Shown: in pieces, positions 59,601 to 63,283 of the stretch | Position numbering within the stretch: the first letter of the stretch is position 1 | How the letters are laid out: each line of letters begins with the position of its first letter | Assembly: GCA_001724265.1 (NCBI GenBank) | Contig: MEDY01000003.1 | Span: 124,001 to 187,283 of the forward strand | Reading direction: 5' to 3' | From: Rhizaria sp. SCN 62-66 | Taxonomy: Eukaryota | Length of the DNA: 63,283 bases | Notes under the pieces: model-generated | What the model was told of the DNA's origin: nothing | Seen by the model: only the letters and a program-made list of their open reading frames with translations | Database searches by the model: none | Program-made: the position numbers and the translations under genes

Positions 59601-62600
59601 CGCTCACCACTTCGCTGCCGTTGTTGCTGCTGGAACTTGCGCCGTGCTGTGTGTTGGCGAGGAGTGTCTTAGCGAGCATGCGCGCGCCCGCAGTGGCGCC
59701 CGTGAGGCTCGTCATCGCGAGCACCAGCGGCGCGCCCGCCGCGGCCGCGGCGTGGGCCGCGGCTGCGTACACGGCCGCGGCGGCGCTGTTAACAACGGCC
59801 AGCGGGGCGGGGTCCAGACCGAGCGCGAGCGCGGGCAGCAGGCGCGCGGCCGGCGCGGGCACTTCGAGTGTCAGCTGGCCGGCGTCGAAGGAGCTGACGA
59901 TGGCGCGGGCTGCGAACAGGTCGGGGTGGTTGCACACCTTGCGCAGCTGCAGCAGGATCGACATCATGCCCAGGAAAGACCCGGAGGCAAGCGTCTTGCG
60001 CGTCTCGGACTGGGAGATAAACTCTTCGTACAGCTGGCGCTGGCGCTTGGACAGACGGCACTTGATGACGTGCTCGTACTTGTTCGGCAGCTGCTTGGCG
60101 ACGTCCTTCTTGAGGCGGCGCAGCAGGAAGGGCCGGAGCACGCCGTGGAGGCGCGAGATGAGCGCCTGGTTGACCTGTTCTTTGCCCTCGACCATGCTCG
60201 TGACGGGCGCGCTGAACCAGTCGCGGAACTCGGACTGCGACTGGAACACCGAGGGCATGAGGAAGTGCATCAGCGCCCACAGCTCCATGAGGTTGTTCTG
60301 CAGCGGCGTGCCCGTCAGCAGCAGCCGGTGCGCGGCACGGAACGACAGCATGTTCTGCCAGCGGCGCGACTTGAAGTTCTTGATGTTGTGCGCTTCGTCG
60401 AGGATGAGGCAGTGCCACGGCTTGCGCTTGAACACGCGCGCGTCCTGCAACACGAGCTGGTACGACGTGATGCACACGTGGAAGCTGTTAGGGTCGGACC
60501 AGCCCTTGCGCTTGTCGAAGCGCTGCTTGGCCGTGCCGTGGTAGCAGAGCACCTTGAAACCGGGCGCGAAACGCTTGAACTCCATCTCCCAATTGATCAT
60601 GACACTGGTAGGGACGATGATGAGGTGCTGGCCCCAAATGCCCTTCTCGCAGGCCAGCCAGGCCAGCCACGCGATCGTCTGCAGCGTCTTGCCCAGGCCC
60701 ATTTCGTCGGCCAGGATGCCGTTGAGCTTGTTCTCGGACATGGACACGAGCCAGTCGAGGCCGATGTGTTGATACTCGCGCAGCGACGCGCGCAGCATCG
60801 ACGGGACAGGCGTGCGCACCTTCTGCGTCTCGAACGACGAGCCCACGGGCTGGAAGCCGCTCGCGATGCTCACGGACGATTGCAGCAGCGCCTCATCATT
60901 GCCCTTGCTCGGCGCACCGGCGGCCGAAGCGGAGCTGGAGGAGCCGCTGACGTCCGAATCGGAGTCGGAATCGCCCATATCCACGGTGTTTCCGCCCGCG
61001 GTGGCGCCGGCGCCGGCGCTGCCGCTCGCGCTGGGCGAGTCGTTGTCGGAGTTGTACGCGGCCTCGTCGTCGCTGTCGGCGGTGGGCACGCCGTGCGGCG
61101 CGGGGTCGGTGCCGGCCATGCGCCGCAGCGCGCGCTTGCCGTCCTTGACCACCACCGCGGCCGCCTTGGCCGCAGCAGCGCTGCTCTTGCCCTTGCTCGC
61201 AGTAGCAGCGGCGGCAGCGGCATCGTCAGAGCTTTCCTCGTCTTCGTCCTCGTCTTCGTCCTCGTCCTCATCCTCGTCCTCGTCGTCCGCAGTGGCTTGG
61301 GCGTACAGCTCAGGGTAGTCACGGCGCAACAGCTCCTCGAGCGGCATGTCCATCTCCTGCTCCAGCTGATTCACCTCGAGCTCCTCCTCGGCCTCGAGCT
61401 CAGCCTTGGACTTGCCAAAGTTAAGCCGCTTCTCGTCGGCCTCGAGCGTGCCTTCGTCGTCCTCCTCGTCCTCGTCTTCGTCGCCGCTGAACTCGGACGC
61501 CTCGGCGGCCTCCTTCTCCAGCGCCGCCAGCGCGGCCCCGGTCGGGGCGGCTGAGGTGGACATGGCGCCACTGCCGCGCTTGCCGGTCGGCGCCGCCGCA
61601 GAGGCGCTCGACGCAGAGGCCGTGCTGGCACGGGCACCGCGGCCGCGCTTGGAGCCGGCCTCGGCGGCCGAGCTCGCGGCGCTGGCGCTGGGCGCGGGCA
61701 GCACGACGTCGCGTGCACTCGCGCGAGCCGAACCGCTGCCACCGCTGCCACTGCTGCTGTTGCTGTTGCTGCTGCCGTTGGCGGCCACGACGGCGTCGTC
61801 GATGTCGGAGGCGACGCGCGCGCGCTTGGCGGCGTCGCGCACGGCGGCGCGCTGGGCGCGGCCCTCACGGCGCTCCTCCGTGGCCGCCACGCGCGCGCGC
61901 GCACGCAGCGCCTGCAGGTGCGGCGACGGCGTGAAGCCCTGGCGCTCGAGCGAGGCCAGGATCTCCTCCAGGGGCGTGTCGAGATCGTTGGCAAGCGCGG
62001 CGGCCTCCGCGCGCGCGTCCTCGTCCGTCTGCTCCTTGGCCGCGGCGTCGAAACTGGAGAGGTCGTCGTCGTCGTCGCCGGCGCCGTTGTCGTCCTCGTA
62101 GTCGCCACCGTCGTCCTCGTCGCCCGCGACGCCGTCGCTCGTGCCCACGGCCTTGGAGGCCGGGCGCTTGCGCGACGCGCCGGTGCGGCCAACGCTGCCA
62201 GATCCCGCGCTGGCGCTGGCGCTGGCGCTGGCAGTGCCGGTGCCAGTCGCTGTAGGGGCGACGGGACTGCCGCCGCCGCCGCCGGGGGCCGTGGCGCCGG
62301 CCGCGGAGGCGATCTGCAGCGCCTTGGCGGTGCCCGCGCCCTGCTTGAGGTCGAGCGCGATCGACGCCGAGAGCTGTTCAGTGTGCGAGACGATCTTCTC
62401 GAGCTCGCGGTCAAGCACGGCCTTGCGTTCGGCCTCGGCGCGGAGGTGATGCTTGTACGAGAGCAGCTTGGAGATGTGCAGCCAGAACTGCTTGACCATG
62501 CGCGACACGTGCGCGGCGAGGCGGCGAACGGACAGCTCAGCCTCCTTCTCGGCGCGGACCATCGCCGAGGCCTTGCGCTCGTGGTAGCCCATGACGGCCT

Positions 62601-63283
62601 TGGCGAGCTTGCGCGCGATCTGCATCTTCCACTTGCGCTCGCGGGAGAAGTCGTTACCCAGCCACTCCATTTCCTGCAGCAGAAAGTCCCAGTGCGTCTT
62701 GTTGCGCGGGGGCTCCTGCGCGCGGCGCAGGCGCTTGCCGGCCTCGACCTGTGGAAAAATACATGGCAAACAAAGCAAAGATTATTGTCAAAAAGGGACA
62801 TAGAAATGCCAAACATAGAAAATGGAATCAATGAAAAAACATGAAGAAATTGTTGTTGTTTCAGCGGCGTACCTGAAACTTCTTGATGATTTGCACGAGG
62901 TCCGCCTTGCGGCGCTGCAGCTCCTCAAGCGGGGGCAGCACCTCATCCGGCGACCGTATCGCCCACGCGGCCAGCTCCTGCGGCTTGAGGCCCAGCACGG
63001 TGGAAGCGGACTGGGACAGCGCGCGGCGGAAGAGCTCCTCGACCTGCGGGCTCAGCTGCGCCATGTTATGTTGCGCTTGGCTATGCGCGTGCGCCGCCGC
63101 GTGCAGCTGCGCCGCGACGGCGTCCTGGGCCGCGGCGAGCGTGTTGGTGCTCGCGCCGGGCTGTTCACCGCCCGCGCCCAGCGGCAGCGCGGCCGCGGGC
63201 GCGTACGGGCTGGACGCGTAGAACCCGGCCTCGGCCGACGCGGCGGCGGCCGCGGCCGCGGCGGCGGCAGCAGTGGCCGCGGC
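50599..63283 (-). CDS. SWR1: SWR1/SRCAP/Domino/PIE1-type SNF2 chromatin remodeller (H2A.Z deposition), 5' end outside window
   Basis: Exons >63283-62873, 62748-57977, 57847-50599. HSA domain (KTHWDFLLQEMEWLGNDFSRERKWK), split ATPase (NGILADEMGLGKT, LILDEAHNIKNFKS, LLLTGTPLQNNLMELW, QLRKVCNHPDLF; DCGKLQ, FYDSDWNP, QDRCHRIGQTR), SANT/Myb-like WRSDEDTLL...QCLLRY. Ends TAA. Confidence 0.95.
51080..51366. repeat. Coding hexamer microsatellite encoding (AQ)n
   Basis: Degenerate GCCTGC/GCCTGA/GCCTGG/GCTTGC array at the SWR1 C-terminus. Confidence 0.9.

Noticed and set aside
52672-61554. Very long antisense ORFs (1004 aa, 1069 aa; also 26055-27560, 37095-38540, 41539-43488)
   Set aside because: Shadows of GC3-rich coding sequence on the opposite strand; no motifs.

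Overview
Gene-dense eukaryotic (protist-like) nuclear DNA with GC-rich exons, short AT-rich GT-AG introns and many low-complexity insertions. I can build 17 spliced gene models: fibrillarin (partial), ankyrin+CbbX-like AAA ATPase, Arf1, NTM1, topoisomerase III alpha, UROD, ALG10, WDR47-like, Hsp33, ATG27/CD-M6PR-like, pICln, GET1/WRB, NOP16, Tudor-SN, a 1869-aa low-complexity unknown, a coiled-coil unknown and a SWR1/SRCAP-type remodeller (partial). There is also one doubtful ORF. The main signal is evidence for a non-standard nuclear genetic code. Seven in-frame TAG codons, and no TAA, TGA or frameshift, interrupt two otherwise continuous 5-kb exons, four of them in a Gln-rich tract. All 16 gene ends visible in the window use TAA or TGA. 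The simplest reading is UAG = sense (probably Gln) with UAA and UGA still stop. Other signals are a near-invariant GTACG splice donor (24/27 introns), a shared three-block upstream motif and a recurrent CACRGTCA DNA motif. No rRNA, tRNA, CRISPR array or transposon was recognised. All gene identities come from remembered family motifs, not database searches.
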